A stretch of 64,000 bases of DNA from an uncultured bacterium. GTDB lineage: Bacteria > Oederibacteriota > Oederibacteriia > Oederibacteriales > Oederibacteriaceae. Below, one piece after another: positions 28,239 to 37,855 of this stretch. Numbering within the stretch: position 1 is the first letter of the stretch; every line of letters begins with the position of its first letter. The DNA is taken from the NCBI GenBank assembly GCA_965112635.1, contig OZ218778.1, positions 160,001 to 224,000 on the forward strand. Direction: 5' to 3'. A program made the position numbers and the translations under genes. The notes beneath the pieces are model-generated. The model made no database searches, was not told where the DNA came from, and saw nothing but the letters and a program-made list of their open reading frames with translations.

Positions 28239-28757
28239 TTAATTTTGCTCGGAAAACTGAATATTGTTCTTATCAAGTAAAGCAATGACAGCAGAGATAT
28301 CAGTCACATATTTGAGCTCAATCTTCCACCGCCGGATCGCTTCCGCCATCGTAATCGTTTCGCATGCAAGAGCCTTTTTCGGTTCCCGCGTAATATATTC
28401 ATTGCTGGGAATTGGTTCAAAACCGTCACGGGTAAAAGTGAACACTGTCGGACAGAAATCCAAGATCATCTTTTGGTCCTCTTGACGGGCAAACAGAAGC
28501 GTTCTGCAGTCAGACCGCAGCTGATATCCCAGGGCATGTATTCTATCCGCGGAATCCGGCGTGACCCTTACGCGTAACCTTCTGACTTTGGGCAGCAAAT
28601 GGATGCTCACCTCGTCGAAGTCGCCGGCATACAAGACAGCATCTTCGATATATCCCTCTCGGGGACGATTTGAACTGCTTTTCCAATCAGGCGTGTGCCA
28701 GAACCTGGTTGGCTGGAAGATCATATCGCTTCTTGGTTTAGTCACTTTGTAGAGCAT
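28239..28757 (-). CDS. Hypothetical protein
   Basis: 172 aa ORF placed between the duplicated GH fragment and the esterase; absent from the other copy. Confidence 0.55.
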   Translation of the reverse strand: MLYKVTKPRSDMIFQPTRFWHTPDWKSSSNRPREGYIEDAVLYAGDFDEVSIHLLPKVRRLRVRVTPDSADRIHALGYQLRSDCRTLLFARQEDQKMILDFCPTVFTFTRDGFEPIPSNEYITREPKKALACETITMAEAIRRWKIELKYVTDISAVIALLDKNNIQFSEQN

Positions 28758-28787
28758 GTCGTGTTTTCCAATTTAGGATTTCCCCTA

Positions 28788-28919
28788 TTATCCCTGATGG
28801 TCTTTTCCAAACACATTTTTAACAGCCTGCAAGTAGCCGTATCCCCAGCGCTCGTCCGGCAGGAGGTAACTGCCCTCGGTCCACTCATTCCAGCTGTTGA
28901 GGGTCAGGAGAGGAGCCTG
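28788..28919 (-). pseudogene. 3'-terminal fragment duplicated from the GH99/WbsX-like gene
   Basis: Translates to [38 protein letters not shown], matching the C-terminus of 31663-32727. Confidence 0.85.
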
Positions 28920-28942
28920 GCCCGTGGAACTCGAAAACGCCG

Positions 28943-29356
28943 TCAGATTTTTTGAACAATCTTGGTTTTAACCCATTCAAAGAACCTTTCCGCGTGCTTC
29001 ACGATCTCATCGGCTTCTTTCCGCGTGAATAGGCGGGATTCATATTCCACCAGGTTTTTCTGGTTCAGTATCTTACGAAGATGGCCGGCCGCATCGTCCG
29101 TTCCTTTGAACATCACTTTTTGCTGTAGAAGAACGGTCAGGTCCGAATGTTTTTGGCTGGAGCTTCGCAAACCGGCTTCAGCGACCAGGATGGCATCGGC
29201 TGAGCTGATCGCGCAATGTATGGCCGAAAGGGCGGCGGCATTCCAGCGGTCCCCGGCATAGTTATCGGTCATGGAATCGTAAAACTCCTGGGACTTTTTC
29301 CAATATAGAGCGGCTTGTTTGTGATCCACTTCTCTGGTGGGAATCTTACCTGCCAC
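28943..29356 (-). CDS. HEPN domain protein (toxin partner of MNT)
   Basis: [35 protein letters not shown]; overlaps the MNT gene. Confidence 0.8.
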   Translation of the reverse strand: MAGKIPTREVDHKQAALYWKKSQEFYDSMTDNYAGDRWNAAALSAIHCAISSADAILVAEAGLRSSSQKHSDLTVLLQQKVMFKGTDDAAGHLRKILNQKNLVEYESRLFTRKEADEIVKHAERFFEWVKTKIVQKI

Positions 29357-29999
29357 TGACGATCACCTCCATTTTGCTTTTGCCATGGACCACGATCCCA
29401 TCCCGATGGATATTCTTGACCAGGGGGTCGCCTTGCTTCATTTTGCGCCTGTATTCCATGACCGTATAGACGACCGGGGACAACATGATCTGGGTGTTGC
29501 GCTCAAATTCCATGGTCAACCACTCCAGAGTCGCTCCTTGAATGGACGCCTTATCTTTTTCCCCATTGACCAGGACCAGCAGGTCGGCATCGCTTGGCCA
29601 ATCCGCCTTGCCGGTGGCCCAGCTTCCGAATAAGACCAAAGAAACGACCCTCCCCCTTATTTCCCTGGGGAGCCTGCGGAAAAGTTCGTCTATTTCCATG
29701 ACGATCAACTTGTTTGGGTCAAGGCTGGGTTCTAATATCCTTTTATATAGAAGATGGGCGCGGTTGACCGTATAGACATGGCTATTGCCTATCCTCTTTA
29801 CCTGAACGAGACCGGACGAGGTAAGTTCTTTCAATACCCGGTGCACGGTCGGATGGGACAAACCGCTGTCCCTAGCCAACTGCCGGCCGCTCAATCCGGC
29901 GGGGTCGTTACGGAGAAGGCGGAGCAGACGCCAGACCGGACTGGCCGGAAAGAGTTTTTCCATAATGGATGAGTGGTGAAATTCATTGATCTTCTTCAT
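29346..29999 (-). CDS. HTH-minimal nucleotidyltransferase fusion (MNT antitoxin)
   Basis: N-terminal winged HTH (SGRQLARDSGLSHPTV); LFGSWATG....SDADLLVL nucleotidyltransferase motif; start uncertain. Confidence 0.85.
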   Translation of the reverse strand: MKKINEFHHSSIMEKLFPASPVWRLLRLLRNDPAGLSGRQLARDSGLSHPTVHRVLKELTSSGLVQVKRIGNSHVYTVNRAHLLYKRILEPSLDPNKLIVMEIDELFRRLPREIRGRVVSLVLFGSWATGKADWPSDADLLVLVNGEKDKASIQGATLEWLTMEFERNTQIMLSPVVYTVMEYRRKMKQGDPLVKNIHRDGIVVHGKSKMEVIVSGR

Positions 30000-30036
30000 G
30001 GTAAATAATATTACCATATGGTAAGTATATTTACCA
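29999..30036. promoter_or_regulatory. Tandem palindromic operator upstream of the HTH-MNT/HEPN operon
   Basis: TGGTAA-N6-TTACCA twice (29999-30016, 30019-30036). Confidence 0.6.
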
Positions 30037-30132
30037 ACATAATGTGGGTCCCCACCTATTTCGGCGTTTCGGCAAATGCCAAATGACCGAAAGGCTGGAA
30101 AATTGCAAGATTAGGCGGGGGTTACTGAACCT

Positions 30133-30223
30133 TCAATTTTTGCATGTCACATGTCAAGACGCGACCCCGGAGCTATAAGGTAACTTCAATTTAAACATGT
30201 CACATGTCAAGACGCGACCCCGG
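30133..30223. repeat. Repeat A, copies 2 and 3 (tandem, 53-bp period)
   Basis: catgtcacatgtcaagacgcgaccccggag twice. Confidence 0.85.
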
Positions 30224-30424
30224 AGGCGCTGATCCAGAAGATATATCATTGATATATAAATTTATTTCACTGTAAGCAGGCGAGGAAATACATAATTGTT
30301 GAATCGCACTTCTAGTGATAAAAGGATGAGAAGTGTTATTATCCCAAGCAAAACACTTATCAGATTTAGAAAACGTTAACAATACTAATACCCAAAACAA
30401 TAACGGAATCATTTTCCTTGCCAT
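30224..30424 (-). pseudogene. Truncated secreted protein with zinc-dependent phospholipase C/P1-nuclease-like N-terminus
   Basis: Signal peptide then AWDNNTSHPFITRSAI (W...H..IT..A); the frame runs into repeat A and stops inside it. Confidence 0.5.
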
Positions 30425-30443
30425 GTTATTTTACCCTTACATC

Positions 30444-30689
30444 CTAAAATATATTGTCATGGAGAACAGTTACGGAATAATAAGTAAGAGCTAATATGAT
30501 GGGAATGTGAATCACAAGAAATAATAAATAAAGCATCTTTTTTCTGTGCCTGAATTTCCACAATAGTAAAAACATCAATGATAAATCAAGAAAGGCGCAA
30601 GGCACAAATTTATCGGGATGATACCAAGCAAAAGCTGGCACTTGTATTGGGGCTATAATTAATAAAACTATTAAAGTATGAAACTCCAT
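30444..30689 (-). CDS. Small hypothetical membrane protein (low-GC cargo)
   Basis: 81 aa, three hydrophobic segments, AT-rich. Confidence 0.55.
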   Translation of the reverse strand: MEFHTLIVLLIIAPIQVPAFAWYHPDKFVPCAFLDLSLMFLLLWKFRHRKKMLYLLFLVIHIPIILALTYYSVTVLHDNIF

Positions 30690-30811
30690 ATTTTCTTACC
30701 TATTCCCTTCTATATAATATTTACTGAATGTCATTCGTTACCAGGACTTGGATTGCCTCCTGACTACCCAGCCCATCTGTATCTACCTCATTTTTTAGGA
30801 TACTGATCAAT

Positions 30812-30843
30812 AAAAAGGTACCGTGTCTTGTTTCTTGCATTCT
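30812..30843. repeat. Repeat B, copy 2
   Basis: aaaaaggtaccgtgtcttgtttcttgcatt; the reverse complement core caagacacggtacc resembles repeat A caagacgcgacccc. Confidence 0.5.
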
Positions 30844-30922
30844 GCCATCTCCCCTGCCTACCCTGAGCCTGTCGAAGGGCCTGCCTCCGGCTCTTTGGCT
30901 ACTTACTCACCAATTTTACCTC

Positions 30923-31645
30923 TTATCTTGCCTGGCTGACCACAAAATCAAGCAGTTCCTGACATTCAAACCAGCCCGGCCACATATCATGGCCTTTGCC
31001 TTGGACCAGATTAAGTGTCATCACCCCGCCCAGCTGGCGGTAGCGCAGAGCCAGCTCGCCGGAATTCTTTTCCAAAGGTACCACCGTATCGCTGTCTCCG
31101 TGGATGTGATAAATGGGGACACGGCCTTTAGCCAGAGGCTCCAGGCGGTCAATGGGATTATGTCCGGCCAGCTTGGCCTGAAGCTGTTGTTCGGTCATTC
31201 CATAAGCTTCGCAGGCTTTGTCAACGCCGGGGTAGCTGGTCAGGTCGCACACGGGATAGATACCCGCCACGCAAGCCACGCAAACGGGATGCTCCACCGC
31301 CCAGTTATAGTGCATCAGCCCTCCCCGGCTTCTGGCCAGCAAACAGGGAGTCTGTGAATAACCGCGTTGGACCATAACCTCATAAAAGGAAGTGAACAAA
31401 GCCCGGCCGGCAGGACTGCCGAACGATTCACCCACGTCTATGCCTGCGACAGCCAGCCCGTTTTTAAGGAACTCTTGGAACATCCATTTTTCTTCCGGGC
31501 CCGGGTAAGCAGGCAGGGTCGGCGCGTACCACACCCACGGCCTCCCCTGTTTGGCCAAACTGTTTTCCGGCGCGATCAAAAAAGCCGTGCAGTTCTTTAC
31601 GCTAAAAACTTGTCCGGGTATGGGCAGTTCTTTGGAAGGCTCCAC
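30923..31645 (-). CDS. Alpha/beta-hydrolase (esterase/peptidase S9-like)
   Basis: LARSRGG, HGDSDTVVP, GKGHD; GAGGAG RBS before GTG. Confidence 0.85.
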   Translation of the reverse strand: MEPSKELPIPGQVFSVKNCTAFLIAPENSLAKQGRPWVWYAPTLPAYPGPEEKWMFQEFLKNGLAVAGIDVGESFGSPAGRALFTSFYEVMVQRGYSQTPCLLARSRGGLMHYNWAVEHPVCVACVAGIYPVCDLTSYPGVDKACEAYGMTEQQLQAKLAGHNPIDRLEPLAKGRVPIYHIHGDSDTVVPLEKNSGELALRYRQLGGVMTLNLVQGKGHDMWPGWFECQELLDFVVSQAR

Positions 31646-31662
31646 TCAAACTCCTCTTTCAC

Positions 31663-32727
31663 TCACCCTTTGCTATCTTTTCCAAACACATTTTTAACCG
31701 CCTGCAGGTAACCGTATCCCCAGCGTTGGTCCGGCAGGAGGTAACTGCCCTCGGTCCATTCATTCCAGCTATTGAGGGTCAGGAGCGGCGTCTGTTGCGG
31801 ACGGCTGTCCAAAAAGCTTTTGGCTTTCCGCAGGCAGGCCTCAAAAGCCTCAGGAGTGGAGCCGGTTACCGCGGTCTTGGCCGAGGGAAAGCGGTGGGTG
31901 TTGTCCCAGCCGATGGAGACTTGGGGAAAATATTGGTTGAATTCCTTTTCATATCCTTCCCAGCTGGCCATGGCCTTTTGCGCCCAGGCCGGGTAGCCCC
32001 CTTCGCCTCCGGCGTCCATGCAAAACTGGTAACTGGTGGCGCTGTCAAAAAGAAAGGCTTTGGCTTCCTGGACTTCCCCCTCATCATGGCGGGCAATGGC
32101 CTGCAGATGCAGGCCCGCTAAACCCTTTTCCACGCAGCGTTTCCTCATCCATGCCACGGCCTTTTGCGTCTCGCTCACCCCACCCAGCCCGCTGATAAGG
32201 TTGGGATATTCAAAAATGGAAAAAACGGGTTTATCTTTAATACGGTAGTAGCAATCCAGTTTCAGGTAGCGCTCGATGACCCGGTCAAACATGGGCTCCA
32301 AGATGGGGCGGGCTACTTGCCCGGTCCACAACAAATTCTGCTCATCGGTGTGCATATTCCACAAAGAAGTGGCGTCATGGTTGGCCCACATCAGGTAGAA
32401 CTTGGAGTCCGTGCCTTTTAGGGCCGGGATCAGGCCTTCGTTGAGCTGGCGCTCAAAGCAGGGAGCGTTTTCGTACCAATACCAGTCCATGATAAAAACA
32501 TTGATGCCGTGCTCTTGCGCCAGCTGCACATGTTCCCGCATGACTTTGGGGTCGGCCTCGTCCTGGTACCCCAGGAGCGGGACGCGGGGCATGTAGTGGC
32601 CCGGAAATCTCGGCGTCCCGCGCCGCACCGTATACCATTCGCCGTCCTTTTCCGGCCAGAATCTTTCCATACGCGGCTCATAATGATAGGAAGGCCAGAT
32701 ATAAGCGGCCACATCGTATTTTTTCAC
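31663..32727 (-). CDS. Glycoside hydrolase family 99-like / WbsX-like protein
   Basis: [53 protein letters not shown]. Confidence 0.85.
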   Translation of the reverse strand: MKKYDVAAYIWPSYHYEPRMERFWPEKDGEWYTVRRGTPRFPGHYMPRVPLLGYQDEADPKVMREHVQLAQEHGINVFIMDWYWYENAPCFERQLNEGLIPALKGTDSKFYLMWANHDATSLWNMHTDEQNLLWTGQVARPILEPMFDRVIERYLKLDCYYRIKDKPVFSIFEYPNLISGLGGVSETQKAVAWMRKRCVEKGLAGLHLQAIARHDEGEVQEAKAFLFDSATSYQFCMDAGGEGGYPAWAQKAMASWEGYEKEFNQYFPQVSIGWDNTHRFPSAKTAVTGSTPEAFEACLRKAKSFLDSRPQQTPLLTLNSWNEWTEGSYLLPDQRWGYGYLQAVKNVFGKDSKG

Positions 32728-32775
32728 GGCTAAGGCTCTCTTTGTCAGGCAAATTTAAGGGTATTGGCGCAAATT

Positions 32776-33051
32776 TTATTTTTTATTCCTGGAACCAGGT
32801 TTTGGCCGGCTATCCTCTGTTTTCATTTCCATATATTTCGCAAGGGCTTCAACCTGGGGACGCAATAGGTTCTGAAAACATTCTGGAATATGACCCTTAT
32901 GCCTCAGATGACCCTGTACGCATAAAACACAATTACCCAGTATCGAACAATCATATTGAATACAGGGGCAATGCTTGTTCACCGATATTTTTTGGTCTCT
33001 CATATTTACCTTCAACATTTTTCTATAGGCAACGACATCGCACTTTTTCAT
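32776..33051 (-). CDS. Small Cys/His-rich putative metal-binding protein
   Basis: CPC...DC...GNCVLCV..H....HIPECF. Confidence 0.65.
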   Translation of the reverse strand: MKKCDVVAYRKMLKVNMRDQKISVNKHCPCIQYDCSILGNCVLCVQGHLRHKGHIPECFQNLLRPQVEALAKYMEMKTEDSRPKPGSRNKK

Positions 33052-33070
33052 GGCCCAACTCTCCTCTTTA

Positions 33071-33649
33071 TCACGCGGGTTTCAGGGTTTTGATCAGCCA
33101 GGCAATGGTTTCGCCCAGGTCCTGCATATTGGCCAGTCCTTCGCTGTCATTGGCCACTTCGCCTTTTTCCCTGCCGACCCCGAAATTCCAGTAGGTTGAC
33201 CCCGGCACGATCATCCGGGACATCAGGAACATATGGTTGATGGAGTCCAGGACATGGATGGCGCCTCCGCGCCGATGGGCCACCACAGCCGCCCCGATCT
33301 TGCGGTCAAAAAGCCTGCCGTTGGCTAGGGCCACATAGCCGGACCTGTCTATCAGGGCTTTCAGTTCCGGAGTCATATCGGCAAAATAAGTCGGCGACCC
33401 CAGGATGATGGCATCGGCCTCGATCATCTTGGCGATGCAATCATTGACCATATCGGTCGTGATGACGCATTTCCTATCCTTGGTCTCCCGGCACTTCATG
33501 CAGGCCGTGCAGCCGCGGATCGCTTTGCCGCCGACCTGCACCAGCTCTGTTTCTATCCCGGCCGCCGCAATGGGCTCCAGGACTTTTTTGAGCAAAAATT
33601 CCGTATTCCCGCCCTTGCGCGGGCTTCCGTTGAACGCTACAGCTTTCAT
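33071..33649 (-). CDS. Iron-sulfur flavoprotein (flavodoxin/NADPH-dependent FMN reductase family)
   Basis: NGSPRKGGNT, CTACMKC......C, GSPTYF, KALIDR. Confidence 0.9.
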   Translation of the reverse strand: MKAVAFNGSPRKGGNTEFLLKKVLEPIAAAGIETELVQVGGKAIRGCTACMKCRETKDRKCVITTDMVNDCIAKMIEADAIILGSPTYFADMTPELKALIDRSGYVALANGRLFDRKIGAAVVAHRRGGAIHVLDSINHMFLMSRMIVPGSTYWNFGVGREKGEVANDSEGLANMQDLGETIAWLIKTLKPA

Positions 33650-33660
33650 CTTTTTCCTCC

Positions 33661-35961
33661 CTATTCTTTAATAGCCTTGTCCCAGCTTTTCATCGTGATA
33701 TTTTTCCCGCTGTTACCGGTGACCAGCAGTTTGACCACGGCGCAGCAAGTATAACCGTTAAGAGGCACCGTGATGATGGACCCGTCAAAGGTGAACTTCG
33801 TGTCCCTGGGCTTTTTATCCCCCGGATACATCACCTGCACCTTGCCGATATCATACCCGCGCCTGACCCTGAAATAGGCCGTGTGCGGGGCCGAGTATTC
33901 CACTTTATCCAGGCTGTTGATATTGTCGCTCCGGATGCCGGCGATATAGTCGTCCTTGACGGTAAAGATCTGGCCCACCATCCCGTGGTTGAGCCGCATC
34001 GGGTCAGGCTCAAAGCACAGCACCCTTCTCCGGAAAAGCTCATACAACGGACGATACCGGCCGTAAAGCTTGGCGTAAAAATCCAGCTGTTTCGCGGCCC
34101 TGTCCGTTTTTCCCCAATAGTCAGCGCTGGGCACGGTCGGAAAACCGCCCAGGACCACGGTCCTTTTGAGATTCTCTTCCGTCACTTCCTCGCCCGGACG
34201 ATAGAACAGCTTGATGAACGGCTTGGCGATGGCCGCGTAAAACAGGGTCATTTCACTGTCATCGTCCCCCTCCTGCAGCATGCAGTCGGTGTATTTCATG
34301 CTCCGGATGGTGGCCGGCCGGTTGGAAAAATTGCTCATGCCGCGTTCCAAAAGCATCTTTTTGATGGCTGCGCCGACGTCGTCGTAGCCGAAGCTGAGGC
34401 TGTAAGCCGGCCTGTTATTGATGACCGTGATGCCGTCCTCATGCCCGAAATCAATGTCCACGTGGGAGCAGGCGTCGTAAAAAAAGCCGTTGATTTCGGG
34501 ATACTCTTTCAATATTTTCGCGGCGTTATCCAGGATATGCCGGCCAAAAGAATAGGCCAGGTCCGGGTTCATCAACCGGCACATGAACCACCCGCTGCCC
34601 TTGTCACTGCCGTCCTGGTTCTTGGCCACGGAGTCGGCAAATCCCTTGTCCGCCCAGGGCATGAACCCGTCGGAGAAATTGATGTAGTAGTAAACATTGA
34701 CCCCCGCCTCATGGCACTTTTTCATGGCCGCGTGGGTCATGGCCCGCGAGGTGTCGAACCAGTTGCTGCCGAACTTCTCTTTGACCTCCGCGTCCGACAT
34801 CTCCTGATCTTGACGCCAGCATTCCGCCGGGTCCATCTTGTCCCCGCTGCGGTGGAAGATTTCTTCTAGCAGCATGACCCGTCTGAATTTTACCGTTTCC
34901 GGAAAATACTCGCCGTACCACGGAAAATTACCATGGAACTCTAAATATTGGAGGCCCATTTTACGGTAATTTTCCAGGCTATCCGCCGTATCCTTGCTCC
35001 CGCAGTTAAAAATCCCGGCCCGGTTGAACACGTCCTTGTTCTGCGGGTCAAAACAATCCCTGAACCTCTCATAGGCCAGGCCCAGGCCCGGCCTCCAGTC
35101 GCCCTCATGGAAAAATATCCGGCAGCTGGTGTGCATAACTTTCTGCCTGATGAGGCCGATGCAGCTGTTGACGACCTCCAACTGGGGCAGGTCCCCGGCC
35201 TCCTTTTCACAGCCCCGGTAAATAACCTTGTCCCCGCTGGAATACCTGAAAGTAGTGAGCGGTATCCTCTCGTCAAAAGGCACGATGACCGAATAACCCA
35301 CGTCCAGGCCTTTGCTGAAATGGGAAACAATGGGAACAATGATGTTGGTGTCCGGGCCGTAAGGGGTGCTTCCGTAGACATACTGGAAAGGGGCTTCGTC
35401 GTCAAAAGTGAACTGCCCCTTGCCCGAGGGCGCCCATACTTCCCAGCCGTAAATGACGGGCAGGCAAAAATGGACCTGCAAACTCCTGTCCGGCGCCGAG
35501 TCCGTTTTTTTCCTGGCCTCGACCTGCCAGTTCAGGGAATCGTTATCCAGGGTCAGGGTCTCCCGGAGCGTAAAATCCGCCCCTTTAAAATCCTTGGTGA
35601 ACGAAACCGCCCTGTCGTCCGCCTTAAAATCCTCTATCGTGAAATTTTTATCCAGGTCATTGAACCACTGTTTAGTCAGCTCGTCATAAAGCCGCAGGCC
35701 TCCCAGGTAATCTTGGGTATCCACTTTTTTCAGGTTCAATTTCTGTTTCAAAAGGTCAACACCCTTGTCTTTCCAGACCAGGGAGCTGAGCCAGCCTGTT
35801 TCCTTGCTCAGGCCTAGCTTGACCATGCTGTTTTCCAGGTAAATAACACCCTGGTCGGAAGGAGATTCCCCTCCTCCAGCAATACCCGCCAGCCCCAGCC
35901 ACACAACCGCGGCCAGGAAACTGACGGCCTTATAGGTTTTATTCTTTCCTCTTAGTGTCAT
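33661..35961 (-). CDS. Secreted uncharacterised glycoside-hydrolase-like protein
   Basis: Signal peptide, N-terminal beta-sandwich, TIM-barrel-like segment YYYIN...LMNPD...INGFFYD. Confidence 0.55.
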   Translation of the reverse strand: MTLRGKNKTYKAVSFLAAVVWLGLAGIAGGGESPSDQGVIYLENSMVKLGLSKETGWLSSLVWKDKGVDLLKQKLNLKKVDTQDYLGGLRLYDELTKQWFNDLDKNFTIEDFKADDRAVSFTKDFKGADFTLRETLTLDNDSLNWQVEARKKTDSAPDRSLQVHFCLPVIYGWEVWAPSGKGQFTFDDEAPFQYVYGSTPYGPDTNIIVPIVSHFSKGLDVGYSVIVPFDERIPLTTFRYSSGDKVIYRGCEKEAGDLPQLEVVNSCIGLIRQKVMHTSCRIFFHEGDWRPGLGLAYERFRDCFDPQNKDVFNRAGIFNCGSKDTADSLENYRKMGLQYLEFHGNFPWYGEYFPETVKFRRVMLLEEIFHRSGDKMDPAECWRQDQEMSDAEVKEKFGSNWFDTSRAMTHAAMKKCHEAGVNVYYYINFSDGFMPWADKGFADSVAKNQDGSDKGSGWFMCRLMNPDLAYSFGRHILDNAAKILKEYPEINGFFYDACSHVDIDFGHEDGITVINNRPAYSLSFGYDDVGAAIKKMLLERGMSNFSNRPATIRSMKYTDCMLQEGDDDSEMTLFYAAIAKPFIKLFYRPGEEVTEENLKRTVVLGGFPTVPSADYWGKTDRAAKQLDFYAKLYGRYRPLYELFRRRVLCFEPDPMRLNHGMVGQIFTVKDDYIAGIRSDNINSLDKVEYSAPHTAYFRVRRGYDIGKVQVMYPGDKKPRDTKFTFDGSIITVPLNGYTCCAVVKLLVTGNSGKNITMKSWDKAIKE

Positions 35962-36195
35962 CCAACCCTCCCTTTTTTCTCCCACTTGGGTCAAAACCCC
36001 GGCCTTGCCAAAGGCTCTGCACAGTTCCCCCTGAAGGTTGCGGGTTTTTAGAATTATACCACCTTGGCCTTGGCCCGCTGACCTGTTCCCCTCAAGCTAT
36101 TTTCTGTTCAAAAGGCCTTGACCAGGCATTTAAAGTCCTTAGAATGATGCGGTAGGAACATTGGAGCCAATCAAATGATTGGGAAGGAACCAGGC

Positions 36196-36849
36196 ATGCC
36201 CGACCAGCCAGACAACGCTACTCAAAGCCCAGAACAGCCTACAACGCTCCCCCCCAGGAAAGTAGTTTGCCCGAAACACAACCTCACCTACGACGCCAAC
36301 CTCTATGACGGCTGCGCGGTCTGCCGGATGGCCCAGAAACACCAGGAGGAAATGGACAGGAAATACGGGAAATTCGCCACGCCCCTGATGCTCATCCTGC
36401 TGGTGGTCCTGGGGTACGCCTTATGGTCGCTTTTGGACCACTATCATTTGCTGGGCATACAAGTCCAGGGCCAAAACAGGACCAGGGGCCTGCAGGTGGA
36501 CCCCGCGCCTTACCAGATAGAGATCCAAAACCTGGAAACTAAACTGTATTCCGGGGACAGTTTTTCCCAGCAGGATGGCCAGGACATTGCCCTGGCCGTG
36601 CAGGTTATAGGGGATAGAATGGTGGACAACCGCAGCAGGGCCGTCAGCGCCGGAGGGGCCCTTTTGGAAACTTTCAGCTCGCAGATAGGCTCCACGGCCC
36701 GTTCCCTGGACCAAAACCCCGACCCCGGCCTGAAACAGACCTGGGTCCGCCAATGGCAGGACCTTAGGGCCGGTATCTTTAATCAAGCGGCCTGGTTCCA
36801 CCAGCCCTTGACCACTACGGCCCAGCCCGCCCCTGCTCCGGCCCCTTAA
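36196..36849 (+). CDS. Hypothetical membrane-anchored protein with N-terminal C-x2-H...C-x2-C motif
   Basis: CPKH........DGCAVC, single TM helix. Confidence 0.65.
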   Translation: MPDQPDNATQSPEQPTTLPPRKVVCPKHNLTYDANLYDGCAVCRMAQKHQEEMDRKYGKFATPLMLILLVVLGYALWSLLDHYHLLGIQVQGQNRTRGLQVDPAPYQIEIQNLETKLYSGDSFSQQDGQDIALAVQVIGDRMVDNRSRAVSAGGALLETFSSQIGSTARSLDQNPDPGLKQTWVRQWQDLRAGIFNQAAWFHQPLTTTAQPAPAPAP

Positions 36850-36874
36850 TTTTTCCCAGCGCTCCCGGGCCGTT

Positions 36875-37840
36875 TCAGGCCCAGTGCATCTTGCCCATTT
36901 TTTCCTTGATGACGATCTGCTTTAAGAACGCCACGGCCTTGAGAAAACCGTCTTCCATGGACATCAGGCTGTCCTCATGCTCGATGGAGAGCACATCGTC
37001 GTAACCGGCCATGATGAGGTTGCTGATGATGTCTTTCCAGACCATGGCGTCATGGCCGAACCCCACGGTGCGGAATATCCACGAACGATGTAGCTCGTCC
37101 CCGTAATGCTTGGTGTCCAGCACGCCGTTCTTGCCGGAGTTGATGGGGTCGATGCGGCAATCCTTGGCGTGGAAAAAGTGGATGGCGCCCTTCAGGGTGC
37201 GGATGACCGCCGGAAGGTCCATGCCCTGCCAGAACAAATGGCTCGGGTCCAGGTTGGCGCCGATGACCGGCCCCACGGCGTCCCGCAGCCTGAGACAGGT
37301 CTCGGGATTATAAACCACAAAACCCGGATGCATTTCCAGGGCTATCTTCGTGACGCCCCGTTTTTTCGCGTAGGCCACCGCTTGTTTCCAGTAAGGGATG
37401 ACCTGTTTGTTCCACTGCCAGTCCAATATTTTCAAAAAATCATCGGGCCAGGGACAGGTCACCCAGTTGGGGTATTTGGAACTAGCCGAATCGCCCGGGC
37501 AACCGGAAAAGGTCACTATCCTTTTGATGCCCATCTTGGAAGCCAGGTCCACGGTCTGCCTGAAAACTTTATCGTGCGCCGCAGCAATTTTGCGGTCCGG
37601 ATGCAGGGGGTTGCCGTGGCAGCTCAGGGCGCTTATCTCCAGCCTGCGGGACTCCGCGGCGGCTAGGAAACTCCTGCGCAGGCCTTCGTCAGCCAGCAAT
37701 TTTTTCGGGTCGCAGTGGCTGTTGCCCGGGTAATTTCCCGTGCCCACCTCCACGGCTTCGACCCCGGCGGCCGCGATCCTGTCCAGGGCCTGTTCCCAGG
37801 GCTCCTGCCCGAAAATTACCGCAAATACACCTATTTTCAT
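36875..37840 (-). CDS. Sugar phosphate isomerase/epimerase-family TIM barrel (probable keto-sugar eliminase/hydratase)
   Basis: HGNPLHP, FSGCPGD, LEMHPG, NLDPSHLFWQG, HAKD, SIEHED. Confidence 0.9.
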   Translation of the reverse strand: MKIGVFAVIFGQEPWEQALDRIAAAGVEAVEVGTGNYPGNSHCDPKKLLADEGLRRSFLAAAESRRLEISALSCHGNPLHPDRKIAAAHDKVFRQTVDLASKMGIKRIVTFSGCPGDSASSKYPNWVTCPWPDDFLKILDWQWNKQVIPYWKQAVAYAKKRGVTKIALEMHPGFVVYNPETCLRLRDAVGPVIGANLDPSHLFWQGMDLPAVIRTLKGAIHFFHAKDCRIDPINSGKNGVLDTKHYGDELHRSWIFRTVGFGHDAMVWKDIISNLIMAGYDDVLSIEHEDSLMSMEDGFLKAVAFLKQIVIKEKMGKMHWA

Positions 37841-37855
37841 GACCTTTTCCTCCTT

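Noticed and set aside
30133-30223. Mini CRISPR array
   Set aside because: Only two adjacent copies, a very short spacer, a third copy 4 kb away and no cas genes
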